Positions 22,202 to 36,074 of a DNA stretch of 64,000 nt are shown piece after piece (position 1 is the stretch's first letter; the number at the start of each line of letters is the position of its first letter). The notes beneath the pieces were generated by a model. The model searched no databases, was not told the DNA's origin, and was given only the letters and a program-made list of their open reading frames with translations. Both the position numbers and the translations under genes were made by a program. Source of the stretch: Paraphysomonas bandaiensis (taxonomy: Eukaryota > Protista > Chrysophyceae); NCBI GenBank assembly GCA_965644295.1, contig CBFFRP010000463.1, forward strand, positions 1 to 64,000, in the 5' to 3' direction.

Positions 22202-24990
22202 ATGGAAGTTCCTATTTTATGGCCCCGGCATGAGGTCCTGCAGCTAATTAATCCTTGCTTTCCTCAGTCCGGGAGACAACTCACTAACTCCTTGGCAGTG
22301 GAAGCGTCGAGGCATTTAGCCAAAATGCAATCACCGGATAAGAGTATCAGGTTTTTGTTTGTATTAATGGAATGGTTAGAGATGTGATAACGTTCTTGTG
22401 TAGCTTTGAACAGTGGCATACCGTTGCGAGTGACTTCTTAAAATGGAATGATTATTGCATCCGCCTGTAAGTGAATGAATTAAAGTATATCAACTATCAC
22501 GACTGTTTATAGGTTTTGGGATATGCTTCATATTGCTACTTGGTATAAGCAGGGGCGGGAGTGGTCTCAACACTCGGACTATGTGCATATCGGCTATTTA
22601 GTTGTGTTTCTCGTGATGCACACCTCAACGTCAACTCGGCCCACATCACCGACCCGCCATTCTGCGTATGAATCGGTGTGGCCGTCAGAGGGTGGATCAC
22701 CGCTGGCATCACCTCCAACAGTGTACCCCTCTGTCCCGACTCCTACCTCTCCACCCACATCTCCCTCGAAGGTTCCCCTTCGGAAAACTTACGGTACTGG
22801 GCCAGGATCCCATTCCGCAACCCCGCTTTCACCTCGTGGTAGCCCACGGCAATCACCCAAACGATCTCCTCTGAAGACTCCTACCTATTATAAGTCTGCG
22901 ACACAACACCTGAGTTTTGTTCGCGAGAAGCTACCTACACTTGTGCATGCCCTTTCTGTTCTAGAGGGTGTTGCTGTCGAGCATGAAGCGCCAGGGGATG
23001 GGCAGGATATCCGCAGATTATCTGATGATAGCACCACCTCTGATAAAATGGCGTCGATATTTGTGTCCTCTCTGGTATCACCAGCGGGTGTGGAGGCTTT
23101 GGTACTTGTGTTGGGCGCGGGACCAGATGACAGGACAGAGGTGCATAATGCTTTGTCTACACGCATAGTGTTGAAATATGATGTGTATTGTCCAGGCGAA
23201 GAGTATTATATCACTCTACCCAGGGTCACAGGGAAGTTTTGATGAAGGTAGGTCTGGTACACCCCATGCCTCGTGCAGTAATAAGAGCGCTGCAGTTGAC
23301 GGCGGTGTGTGTGGAGATGAGGACATTACCCGCAGTGGGATTTCTTGCAGTGATATCATCGAGTGGATTGACTCCCATCTGCATTTAAACGAGTATCTAT
23401 ATCCTCCCTGCCCGATATCTTCCACCAATGCCTTTGCTAGCTGTCATTCATGCCCACCTCCGAGCAGTCCTCGGAGCAATCCCGATAACACTGACGCGGT
23501 CATGTCTGATCCCGACTCTGAAGTCCCTGGCTCCCCTGACCTTCGGGTACACGCACTACACTCAACACGTCCCATTCGCCGAACTATTGACCTTTCCTCT
23601 TCTGTTGCCAAAGAGCCTACAGTTGTGCATGGCTCTTGCACTACTGCAATCCATGTGCTGACAGTGAACTCAGGCTCAGGTGACCCTGGGGCACCTGTCC
23701 CTATACCAAGTCATCTCAGGAGCATCTCCAGTGAAACTGCTGCGAGTGGGTCCGTTAGTGGAATGAACACAGAGAACTCTGATGACGAATTAGCTGATGC
23801 TGGAAAAGGAGGAGCGGAGGGCGGGATAGGGAGCGCATCCGCTGATCCCTCTTCCTCGGGTTATTCCCTGGGCCCGGCGCTCTTACACGGTTGCTCCAGA
23901 ATGACGATATATCTTCTTGGTGCGTATTCATTTGTATCAGTCTCATCCTGTACAGACTGTGAAGTGGTGATCGGGGCGGTAGCGGGAGCGCTGCTTGTGA
24001 GTGGTTGTGAACGAGTGACTATTACTGCCTCCTGCAGAAAACTTGTGCTGTGGAACTGCCACGACTGTGAGCTACGAATTGCTACCCTAACTCCCACTAT
24101 CACATCGGGTGACTGCCGTGGACTAGTTGTCGGTACTATATCACCTTTTCCTTTGATTTTTAACCTTTAATTCACCTTTTTGCAGGGCCCTTCAACACAG
24201 CATATCGGCTTTTGAGAGTTCATATGAGGCTTGCCCATTTAGATAACTTGATTTCTTCATCACATGTGGCTGTGAGCAGTAACTGCTGGCGAGAGATTTA
24301 CGACGTCGCTACTTGTCTGGACACTCCTGCGCCTTCTCCTCCCACTAGCGCACCACCGTCACCGCGCAGTAAGTTCTTGGCGGCAAGTGGACAGTCCGCT
24401 CACTTTAGTATGGAGTGTCGGGGTATAGACTTAACCAGCGGTCTCTCTTCTCTTCCGAAACCACCGGATAGTGTAGTAACGCTACAGAACCCTGAAAAAT
24501 ATGCATTTCTCTCTATTCCTTACCAGTCTGAGTATCAACCGCAAGAGGTACTTAGCCGTTGCTTCACACATATACTGATAAATGTGTACAGATGTCCCCA
24601 ATTCTCACACCTGAGAGATACGCTGAGGCATTCATGAGAAGAAAACAAGTTCACAGTGATATGGAAAGGCATATCAACGCGACACTTGGTAAGGCAACTG
24701 GGCAAGACTGTGCTGCTCTCTTTGGGAAACTAGTATCGCAAAGTTTTCTAGTAAGTAGTAGTCAATACGGAATGCTTGTTCATGACGGTGCTCTAGGAAT
24801 GGGTTGCAAAGAGTGGAAAGTCGCAGCAGCTCATGGACCTTGTTAGGTATATGGGCTAAGTGTATGCTATGGTGTTGATTGATTTACATTTTCTAGGCTT
24901 GACTCTGAAGAAACCAACAATACAGGCAGGAATAGTGCGAAGTCAAATCGAGATTCCGCAGAGAAAACAGTATTGTCGAATAATTGGTGA
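22202..24990 (+). CDS. TBCCD1: TBCC-domain protein (TBCCD1-like), multi-exon
   Basis: C-CAP/cofactor-C beta-helix LHGCSRMTIYLLG..CTDCEVVIGAVAG..CERVTITASCRKL..CHDC..TPTITSGDCRGLVVGPFNTAY. N-terminal ILWPRHE and FDMLH segments. Confidence 0.8.
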
Positions 24991-26256
24991 TCATTTTGTT
25001 CTGAATACTCACTGATGAGTTTCACCATGAAAATTAGTGGCAGTATTAGTATTAGTTTGTGGTGTTGTAGCGTGTTACGCCGATATAACGTTCAATCATA
25101 TAAGTATAGTTGTTGTTATTGACACCAGACACTTGATTGATTAGCAGAGTATAGCAAACTAACCTGTACTTATTGTGCAGATGCTTACTCCATTCTAGCT
25201 TGTATGGCAAACTAGTGTCGGAGGCATACAAAGTGATTCACTAATAATGCAATACTATTGGCAAAATTATAGCTGAAAACGCCATTAAAATCTGTTAAGC
25301 CTTTTTATAGGCTACTGTTTCAATAATGTCGGGGTACATAGTACATATAACCAGTACCGTAAAACATTCTAATAAATGCCCAGCCACAACACTCAGGAAA
25401 GTGATCTTTGCTAGAGATAAGTAGCAATTACGTAAATGGTTAAACTTAATCGCTATTAAACTGTATATACAGAATTACATTCAAACCAGATGTATTAGTA
25501 CAAAGTACAAAGCATATAGGTGCAGTTCTGTTCTGATATTGCAGTGGTTTGGTCTAGCTAATGATTCGTCTTGGAGGGTTACTAGATTATATATAATAGT
25601 AGAAGACTAACATTGCGCATTATGGTCATTTACATTCAGATTTTCGTCGTCTGTAGTATTTATTACTTTTTACTGCAGTGATAGATGGAAATGCATCAGT
25701 TCTTTGTAGCATGAATACATGCAGCAATTTTCGGATCAAGTTACGCCTCAGAGACAACGTCCAGCCCAATGCTGATGGTATCCACAGCACCAGAGCGATA
25801 TACTATCACGACCTCGTTCATGCAATTGAATGTACCTAATATGTACAAAACAACACATCGAGATACAATTGTTCAACATACCACTCCCATATTCGTATTG
25901 CTCAAATATTTCTACCAATATTGCTGGTTATTTTATTAAATATCTTGATTTTCTTGAATATACACTGTAGTCCTTCTTTAACATACATAAATACACTCTT
26001 TTTTAAGCCGTTTTACCCTCTTATGTAGGTATCCGTATATCGCGGTGTAAGTGAAGTACAGTAAAGTACAAAGAGTGTACGTGATGCATATATATAACAA
26101 TTCACAACATCCCTTCCTTTCCTTGATAGATGTATCATCTCATTTGCATTTGATTGCCACTGCGCTGTGATTTAATAACGGTTTATTCGTAATATTTCAA
26201 CAGTTCGACTGTATTTATATTACCTGTTAAACACCTGATTATTGACTCTAATTACA

Positions 26257-29200
26257 ATGGCGGATAGCTTAAATATTCGGAGTGGAAGCCCTGCGAAAGT
26301 TCGGATTGAAGAAATGAGGAAGAGTGATGATCCTGTGGTCCGCAGTGCTATGAGTAAACTGGCTGAGGGCTGTGTCAGGTTTTCGAAAGAGAGAGATGGG
26401 ATGCTTCTGAGTGTAATATTTATATTGGATCTATTGATGTCTGTTAATATGAAATGCAGGCCTTTGAGGGCAATGCGATGGACAAAGAAGTATTTCGTGA
26501 TATGCTTAGACGAGGACTCAACTGCAAACTTACACCTAAAGAAATGGACGCTGCTATGACCTTATTTGATAGAGACGGGAATGGATATTGCGATGGCGAG
26601 GAGTTTATTCTGACCTTTTATCGGTTTCGATATGAACATAGCCAGAGGCTGTTAACAGAGCGTATTGCAGCAGAGCGTAGAATAATGGAGGCTGCACGAC
26701 AGAGAAGTCAGAAGAGGAAAGAGGAATTCGAGTCAAAGAGTGTCGTAGAAGTTGATTTTGATTATTCTGAAGAGGAAAGAAAAAATGCACTGGACAAAAT
26801 AAGGGTGGCTGCATTTAAGTATGATAGACTAATGCCGGGAACAGTACAGCTAAATGCATTCGACGGCGCAATTATGAGTCCGAAAGTGTTCAAGGAGCAA
26901 TTGAAACTTGTATTCAACATTAAGTTAAACCCCAAGGAACTTGGCGCCCTAATGAATTACTTTGATAGAAATGGAGATGGCTTCATAAACTGTGCCGAAT
27001 TTTTAGTTGCATTCTTTCGTATTGGATTTGAAGAGCGATCAAAGTGTATGCGAAAAGAAAGGGAGAAAAAAAGAATGATTGATGAAGAGAAGAGAAAACG
27101 ACAACAGGAAGAAGCCGAGGCTCTTGCACTGAAAAATAAAATGAAAGTTAGCTATTCGTATACCGATGCGGACAAAGACTCTGCGTTTGCCAAGTTGAGA
27201 AATGCTGCTCGTTTGTATGATAAGAATAGTCCCTCCTCAGCCAGCATGAAAGCCTTTGAAGGAGCATTCATGGAGCCGCATGTGTTTAAGGAGCAGCTGC
27301 GACGAGTATTTAACTTAAAATTAACTCCACCGGAACTCGGAGCTCTAATGCATGCGTTCGATGATGATGGAGATGGCACTATAAATTGCGCCGAGTTTAC
27401 GAAAAACTTTGCGAAAATAGGATTCGCAGAACGAGAACTGGAACTGAAAGAGCAATTTGAAAAACAGCAACGTGCCAATGAGAAACGTCTCGAAGAGGAA
27501 CGCCGCAAGAAGGCCGAACAGGATGCCAAGAATGCCATGCAAGTAGCATATGATTTTACGGAGGCGGACTTTGACTCGGCTATACAAAAGCTGACGGACG
27601 CTGCTTGGAAGTACGACAAGAATATGCCCGGGGCGGTTTCGCTTGCCGCGTTTCAAGGTCGTGAGATGGAACCGCACGTATTCAAGGAGCAGCTCAAGCG
27701 CGTACTTAATATTGTGTTGACCCCACATGAGCTTGGGGCATTGATGTCCTATTTTGACAAGAATGGTGATGGGAAAATTAGTTGCGCTGAATTTCTTATT
27801 CAGTTTATCAAAGTGGGGTTCGAAGAAAGGAGTAGAAGGCGTCAATACTGGAGGCGCTACGAAGAAGAAAAAGCCGCAGCTCGGAAAAGGGAAGCGATTC
27901 GAAAACAGATTGAAGCCGAGCAGAAGAATGCATTGAAAGTGACATATGATTTTAGAGACGAAGATTTTCAGTCAGCTATTGCGAAGCTCACCGAAGCGGC
28001 TACGAAGTATGATAGGAGCACTGCTGGTGCAGTTGGTCTGGATGCTTTCGAAGGAGAGGCAATGTTACCTCACGTTTTTAAAGAGCAGCTGAAGAGAGTG
28101 TTTAATATTCGTCTAACTCCGCCTGAGCTTGGAGCTTTAATGTCATATTTTGATAAAAATCGTGATGGCTCTGTAAATTGTGCTGAGTTTCTCATCCAAT
28201 TCTTCCGCACAGGATTCGAAGAAAGGAGCAGAATTCGTGCACATTGGAGAGAACTTAAAAAGCAAAAAATTGAAAAGGATCTCAAGTATGAGGAAGAGAG
28301 GAGAAAGGAGAATGAAAGGCGTGCAATGGCCGCAGTTGATTTTGATTTTACCGAAGAAGATTTTGATTCAGCACTTGTTAAGGTTGTGACAATGTGCCAT
28401 CGGTTTGATCACAGACAGCTTGGTCCAGCTGGACTCAAGGCTTTTCAGGCTGATACCGTAACTCCAAGTGAATTCAGAGAAATGCTCAAGCGTTCTTTTG
28501 ATTTGATAGTTAATCCTCAAGAACTAGGAGCGCTGGTAACGTACTGGGACCCTGCGATGAAAGGAGTTGTTAGCTGTCAAGCTTTTTTAAATTCATTCAC
28601 GCAAATGAGAGTGAAGTGTGAAACCTTCAAGGTCATTTTATAGTACGACTGCGTATTTATGGTTATTTTTTGCATGCAGAATAAACCTCACGAGCTTCAG
28701 AAGCTGCAGGAATATCACGCACAGTTAAAAGAAGCATATAAAATTCGCATCCAAAAACAAATGAAAGCTAATGATGACACGAAACTACGACCGTGGAGGA
28801 TGTATGTGTGAAATATTAACATTATGTTATATAATCTGTGCCGCAGAAATGCAGTGTCAGAGTTTACTGGGAGACCTGCCCCAAAGAAACCGTATCCGTC
28901 GACTCCCGCGCAGAAAGTACGCCGTCGACTTGGAGTTGCGAGGAAAACTGGCCGATTAGATTTATCTACGGAGATGTCCTCTCGTGAAGAAGTTAAAGAG
29001 GATGAAGGAAGTGTGGATGTCAGCACTTTAACTGAAAACAAGAAAATTAATATATGGGCTGAACCTGAAGCACCAAAAGCATCAGATATGAAGTCAGAAA
29101 AAAAACAAACTGTGGAATTCTTTCTTGAGGAGATTCCAAAAGAAGCTTTCGACATTAAAGGTATTGGAAGATTTTTGATATTTATGCACTAATCATTTGT

Positions 29201-29789
29201 GGTTCTAGGGTTAAATGAGCTATGGTTGTGCAATAATCGACTGCGAGTTGTATCTCCTCAGTTGGCAGATATTCATACCCTTCAAGTGTTGTCATTGGCC
29301 AATGTCGGACTGGATCATATTCCCCTAGAAATAAGTGCTCTTATACAGCTGAAAAGACTCTACCTGCAAAACAACAAAATTTCAGCGGTTCCAGAGGAGC
29401 TTCGTTCCCTTACGTCACTGACTGACATCAATTTGAGATGCAACCAGCTCGAAGGCGAGTTTCCTGCTGTCATACTTACCCTTTATCAGCTTGCGTACAT
29501 CAACATTAGTGGAAATGACATAACGGAAATTCCCAATGACATTATACGCTTGAATACGCTGACGGTACTTGATGTAAGTAATAGCAGAATCGAATCAGTT
29601 AAGCCAGAAATAATCCGCCGTATGCCGGAGTTGATAATTGTTGGAGCGAGCGGGAGTAGACGTAGAACAATATGGTCTCCGGATTTGTATGGGATCAGTG
29701 CTGAGGATGAAATGGAGCTGGTGTCATTTATTAAAGGTCGTGCCAAAAAACTTTCCACTGGTTCCATTGAAAAGCAAAAAACGACGTAG
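26257..29789 (+). CDS. Protein with six tandem 132-aa EF-hand/charged-helix repeats and C-terminal leucine-rich repeats
   Basis: EF loops DRDGNGYCDGEEF, DRNGDGFINCAEF, DDDGDGTINCAEF, DKNGDGKISCAEF, DKNRDGSVNCAEF plus one degenerate loop. C-terminal LxxLxLxNNxI LRRs at 29199-29789. Exons are joined by short GT-AG introns. Confidence 0.85.
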
Positions 29790-31368
29790 ATGTTTCCCTG
29801 TATTGAATTTCTGGCGTAGTTATATATATGGGACGCTTTACGTTTTTGTATATGTAGTGTTGACTGTGGGAAAGTTGTAATTAATACTGTAAACATGAAA
29901 ACTTTCAAGTAGTACTCATTCCTTGAAGTGTATTTTCACTATTCTGACATAGGCAACAAATAACATTTCGTTGAATTCTTATGATACCACATACAACAGC
30001 CACTACGCCCCCCCCCTTTTAATTTCCCCACTTCCTCTACCATTCTGCTCCGCTTCATATGATGCCCTAAGTAAACAGGACATTTATAAGTTCCTTAATA
30101 CGTATTATTGTATTTTTATCGCCAAAGGTTAAATTCGAATACCTCAAAAACTACGACTTTTATGTTACTTCTTCTCTAAGTGTTAACAAGACAAGAGGAT
30201 ATTGACAATTGACCATTTTCAGATGATTAAGATCGTTGTAAGAGAAGTTTAAGTTAGTCAAACTAGATAGATTACTTTATTATGATTGTATACACAATTG
30301 TGTGTGTTGTCATGTAACACATGTCAACAACATGATAAATTATTTCGTTCATGTCAACCACTGCTCAACTTCCGTATCTTGAATCGTCATGATATAATAC
30401 TTCAGTTTCACAGTTATAGCTATATAGCACCTTTGACTATTGACTACGTATTACTGTTTTTCACATTGTATTTAACGTATTCTACAGTACTATCTTAGAG
30501 AACCATACGTATTCCAACAGAGGAAAATAAATGTCCTATACTCCTAACTCCTATCTCCTATTTACTGTTTACAGAAGCAATGCACACTAAACACTGGAGT
30601 ATAATGTGTAATGTGGACATGATTAAATGCTTCAACGAACAGAATGACAGAAAATGACATCACTGAACAAGCAACAATACTATCACTCTATGCTGAGATT
30701 ATTATAAATTAGAAACTAGAAAGATATAGTAACATATAATAAACTTAAAATTGATATTACTTGTCATTGACTGTCAATCGCCAAATTCATGTTGTCTCAA
30801 CTACCAATCATGTCCATACAATCTTCGATATCACGATCTTATACGGTCAATATATTTCAGTTCACTATGATTACTATCATGACGTTAGTTATCATATTAC
30901 AGTTAACCACGTCTGCATTCTTTCATTAACAGTCATAATTCAAATATCTTCGAACTACATCTTTTAATTCCTCTCAAACAGCAAAACCCAACATAGAAGC
31001 CCCGCTAAAATTGTTATTAAATAGGTATTGGTAATAGATAATACGAATTCTAATCAACTCTAAAAGTAGATATCTCAGTGCTTTAATTTATTATATAAAT
31101 CATGGTATGGTCTGTGCCATGATCAAGCATCAGCGTCCTTTCCAAGAATTTCGATTGTCAAATATTGTTGGTATACCATACCAAACTGTTAATTTCTGGT
31201 GTCAGAATTAGAACTATGTCTGGTGAAATTTCAATATCTGAGTAGACTTCAGACAGGTGACAGGGCAACCGGATATAAGGAGTATAGCTGAAATATATTT
31301 GCATGAGCTAAACTTATGAGAAATAACGACCTGTTCTAGGTGATATTTTGGCGTATATACACTATACA

Positions 31369-32319
31369 TTAAAATATTCTCTCCAATACCATGTCACTAA
31401 CGGAACTGATTACAAAATCAGGTTTGTGCTCTTCTCGAACTTTTGATACTTCTTCCAAAGATGTTACGCCGGAAAGAGTTAAAAACGTTTTCAGTTCTCT
31501 ACTTTTGCCAAAGCATATATCGGTGTCAATGCGATCTCCAACCATACATACACGAGTGGGGTCAAGATGAAACTCTTCGATAATATGATCGATCAACAGA
31601 GGAGATGGCTTACCGACCAATGTAGGTTCGATACCAGTGCAACCTCTCACTGCTCCTGCCATGGCACCGCCACAGGGCCAGTGTTGCTGTGTAGTATATG
31701 GGCTGACAGCATCTAAATTGGTGGCTATAAATTCCGCTCCTAATGTATTAATACAAAGCTGGGCATAGTGTAGCTTATAGTAATTAATATTCGTATCCAT
31801 TCCCACGACAACTGCTTCAACATTAGGATCTATAGTTATTCTACCAATCGAGAAATCGACAGCTTTATCAGTGTCACAAGGGCCTCCAATCCAGTTGATG
31901 CCGAAATTCTCCAACTCTTCCAATAAACCATACTCGCCAATCACATAAACCTTTTTGTCGGAAGCAATTTTTCTTCTCGCACAGTATAAAGCAGCAGCAT
32001 AGCTTGAAGAATAAAAGGTACAGTCTTCGAAAGGCAATCCAAGATCAACAAACTTTTGTTTAGTTGTTTTTCGACTTTTTACAGAATTATTCGTGACAAA
32101 AAATAATTTTATACCATTTTTCTGTAACTTACGAAGCGCTATATTGACCCCTGGGATAACTTCACTGCCTTTCCAAATTACACCATCGCAATCAAACACA
32201 ATGGCGTCAATATCGGAAGCTAAATGTAAATAGCGAGATGGCTGGAACTGGGGTGTATACGTTAAGATTCGTCCATATTTCTTGAAGGAATACAGACGAG
32301 TACATTGGAGGAAGCGCAT
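31369..32319 (-). CDS. PGP: Phosphoglycolate / 4-nitrophenyl phosphatase (HAD class IIA), with probable N-terminal organelle transit peptide
   Basis: VFDCDGVIW, FVTNNS, FIATNLD, LVGKPSP, MVGDRIDTDI..G..LTLSGVT. Basic, acid-free N-terminal extension. Confidence 0.92.
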   Translation of the reverse strand: MRFLQCTRLYSFKKYGRILTYTPQFQPSRYLHLASDIDAIVFDCDGVIWKGSEVIPGVNIALRKLQKNGIKLFFVTNNSVKSRKTTKQKFVDLGLPFEDCTFYSSSYAAALYCARRKIASDKKVYVIGEYGLLEELENFGINWIGGPCDTDKAVDFSIGRITIDPNVEAVVVGMDTNINYYKLHYAQLCINTLGAEFIATNLDAVSPYTTQQHWPCGGAMAGAVRGCTGIEPTLVGKPSPLLIDHIIEEFHLDPTRVCMVGDRIDTDICFGKSRELKTFLTLSGVTSLEEVSKVREEHKPDFVISSVSDMVLERIF

Positions 32320-32811
32320 AAGATGTAGTCCTTTAATATGGTAGCAATGTATATGACATACAGAGTATCTTGATGTGGTTATGTGTGTCGGATGTAGGAT
32401 ATGCATCTGCCTGTTGTATATATGTATGGGGAGGAATTCCTACGTAGCTGAAATATTCCATTACCGTAGTACAAAAAACTAGAGATAAATGCAAAACTAA
32501 CGATTTTTCGGTTTTGGAGGTTTAGAAACTGGGACAGGAATTGGGATCCGTTTCAAACAACTTCAAAATACATATATTCAAAAAACAGGGTGAGCTTCTT
32601 ATGAAAAAGCGTGCAGAAGAGTGACTTGTATGGAATTATACAGCAGGAATGAAAAAGTGAGTTGTATAACCTCATAATGCATGCATGGCACATATATTAT
32701 ATAGATAGTCAGGTACATCACATCTAGAGGTATTTCACGCCTCATATCATCAAATAAATAACTCGCAACCCCTTGAATATATCCCCCCCCCTTTGTTTGT
32801 AATACACAGTC

Positions 32812-35226
32812 ATGGATAAGATTTCTTTTATTGTAGAGCGTCTGAATCAGCCCCCATTTAATATGGGACTGTCCACTATGACTGAACTCGATTCAAAGTC
32901 CCCTTCTGAACTATTGCATATTATATGCAATATAATTATTTCCATTGATACTGATATGGAGAACCTGAAAGCTGAAAATACAGAGAATAAAATTCAACGC
33001 ATTATGCAGTTTTTGGGTGTAATGAAGTTTATCGGTGAAGATCAAATGGAAAACTTTCATAATTTTATGCTTGAAGGTGATAAGGAAACGATGTTTAGTG
33101 TAATGCATTGGTGTTTACACCGTTTTGAGCACTTGAAAAAGCGTGCATATCTTGCGAAATATTTGATGCCACTTGAGATTCCACCGGAGTTTCAGAGTGA
33201 AGATCTCGTCTACGAGCTCTCTGAGCGTCTGAAAGAAATGCAGGCGGAGTTCAAAAATGTTCACAAAGTTGCAGATCAAAATCGCAGCTCTGGAATGAAA
33301 CCTGCTGAATATAAAGCTGAAATTGCGCAATTGGAGCAAGAAAGGTCTCAATTGTCCCAGAAAATACAACGCTTGAAACGTGAGACTGAAACGGACGAAC
33401 CCTATTTTAAAGATATGCTCAAGGTAAAAATATATACCTTGGCAACATGTTTTGATGAGCCTATACTAGGTTACTAGTGCTCTGCGCAAGGAACAGGAAG
33501 AAGAGGCACGTATTCATGAGAGGTTACGTGAATCTCGGAATGCGCTACATGAAGCTGATGCACGTTTCAATGATGCTACCAGGTTTGTACTTCCGTTATG
33601 TCGTGTGCGTATTTGATAACCCGATATTATTAGGCGCCTAAACGACACGAAGAATCAGGGTATATTTTCTCAGTCAGCAGAGGAGTTGCTCTCCAAGCTC
33701 AGTCAGGAAGTGAAGGAACTAAATGCCCGCAAGGATGCCATCGACTCGTCCGTGGCTCAGCGATCAGCCTACCTTGAGAAGATGCAGGGATGGGACAATT
33801 CTGATCGTGCTGCCACAGAGGTGTGGTGGTCAATTTTGTGGTTATATCTCACCAATGAAAATTTTAGGATGATGTGCGAGACAAACGCGCTCAACTTCGT
33901 GAGATTGAGGAGGATATCGCCTCAATCCAAGAGCGCCTTGACGCTGCATTGGAGCGCAACAATAACCTGGCTGTGTTCAGACAAGCATCCATGATGGCCT
34001 TCACGAAACTGCGTGAAAAGGAGACTGAGGTGGAGAAGCTGACGGAAGAAAAGAATAAGATTGTGAAGCAGACTGAAGAGAAAGAAGCTGAACTGGAGGC
34101 CCAGGGTAAATCTGGGAACCGGGCTCCAAAGAGGGACCTCAAGAAGTACGGTGCACAGGTGCGAGAAAAGATAGAAACATACAAGCGCATGAGGGAAGAG
34201 ATCTCATCCCTACGGGCGGAGCTTGTTGTACTTCAGCGCACGGAGCAGATTCTTCGCAGTCGGGACAAGAACCTGGACGATTTCTTGCGTGAACTGGAGC
34301 GGAAGAAAGGAGTTGAGGTGAGCTGACGTCTTTATACTGTTCCACACCATTCATCCTTGTATAGGGATATCGTGACACACAACGGCAGCTTATTGAAATG
34401 TCCGAGAAAACCGCTGCTGTCGACCAGATGAAGGGGGCCACCTTGGAAGAAATATCTGCTTTTGTTGAACAGATCGGTCGTGAGTTCAAAAGCAAGCAGA
34501 TTCAACTGCAGCCACTTATGGCTGATCTGAAGGTAACATAAAAGTAGGCATATATATATATATATAAACTTGTTACCCAAGGCTTTGAGGCAAGAATATA
34601 TGGAAGTTGAAACGAAACACCAAGAGGCGAAGAATAACTACGACAAGGTTGCTATCACATTGGACATGGATAAACAAGCGTTAGAAAAGGAGTGCGATGC
34701 GTTCCAGGTTTGATGTTGTAATCACTGTCTTTTCTGAATGGACTAATGGGCTGTGACTGTAGGAGGAATGTCTACGAGAAGAATCAAGATACCATACATT
34801 GAACTGTTTAGTCTCCATGGCACGAATCAAGCTTCAGCGAGCTGAACAGGAGAAGAAGTGGAATGAAGGGAATGGTAGAATGCTGAGGGATTTCGCGTCA
34901 TTCAAGGAGTTGTACGCTGTAAGTGTTTGCGACTGCGAGTTGTCTGGCATTGACCTCTTTGCAGCATAAAATTGCACAACAAGAGCAATTGACAAAGCAA
35001 CTGCGGAAGCAGCAGAAAGAACTGAAGGAAAATGCTGTAGTGATGACGAATCAGAAGTCTAATTTCAATGTACGTTGTGTTTGTGTTGTAATTTGGCGTT
35101 GCCTTAATATTTTATTAGAACTTGCAGCGGCTTTTGTCTGCGAAAATGAAAAGTCTGCAAGGCGACAACGGGGATGGTCCAACGGTGTATTTGGGAAGCT
35201 CGAACGTGATGTCGATGGATAATTAA
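32812..35226 (+). CDS. IFT81: Intraflagellar transport protein 81, multi-exon
   Basis: FIVERLNQPPFN CH-like N-terminus, LKKRAYLAKYLMPLEIPPEF, LRAELVVLQRTEQILRSR, KGATLEEISAFV. As written the last exon stops at ~35209; a +1 base near 35172 would give ...GSSNVMSMDN* at 35226. Confidence 0.93.
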
Positions 35227-35694
35227 ACGCGTATTTGCATAGTGTTGTTGTGCATTTATATGAGCACTCAATGTACACTGTAACAGAAAGATGTAGTTGT
35301 GAAAAGCATGTTGCATATGGAAGAAAGTAAAATTCGATTAGAGTTGCTTGTTGCTTTTTATGTGTGAAATGATCGCCAACATGTATTGCACAAGAGTACA
35401 GTTCGCAATTGAAGCTGTTGTTTTGTGACGGCAGTTGAAGTGGAGAATAGTAGCGCACTATTATTTTCAAGCGCATGAATTGCATTATAGATTTACTTCG
35501 TTCCTAGTTCCTACATATATACTATTCTCAAATATAGCAAACGTTGATTCTTGGAAGAAACCAGCTGCTTGGTTCTTGTCGATAGAAATCGGTTAGACTT
35601 TGTCTAAATCTGAAATTTCGATTAGAATGGTGTAACTTAAATAGCTGTAAGAGTACACTCACTCAGTACATACTATAATTCTGTTTAAGAGCTA

Positions 35695-35860
35695 AAAATG
35701 ATGGTTGCACCTTGATACTTGTGGTTACACGCAAGCAGCATTCGTGGCACTAAATAGTAGGATATTATAGTTAAGCACTAGTTAGTTAAATTGCGATGTT
35801 AAATAAGTTCTGACTCTTACACGCCTATTGCTAATAATAATCAGATATTCACTACTACTA
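35695..35860 (+). mobile_element. SINE-like family, 3' module (copy C)
   Basis: Same stem-loop and tail as copy A, ending attcactactacta. Confidence 0.8.
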
Positions 35861-36074
35861 TTTAACTAAGCTACAGGTGTAATGTATAAAACCTGGTGAA
35901 ATTTTTGATAATGGTCGTAAAAGAGCATAACTATGCACAATATGCAACTATGTAACTATTGTGGAGATATTGTTAACAGTGTGAAAGTATTATTTATAAC
36001 TTCATCGCACATCATAATGCCGTATTCTTCAAGTAACGACATATAAGTCATAACATTAAAAATGCTTCTGTTAT

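Noticed and set aside
23178-23242. Apparent frameshift in TBCCD1
   Set aside because: Overlapping ORFs at the scale of this genome's short introns; more simply explained by splicing.
25741-25925. Possible small spliced gene on the minus strand (46-bp GT-AG intron-like segment)
   Set aside because: Only ~47 codons with an in-frame stop upstream and no start or family match; at most a pseudogene fragment.
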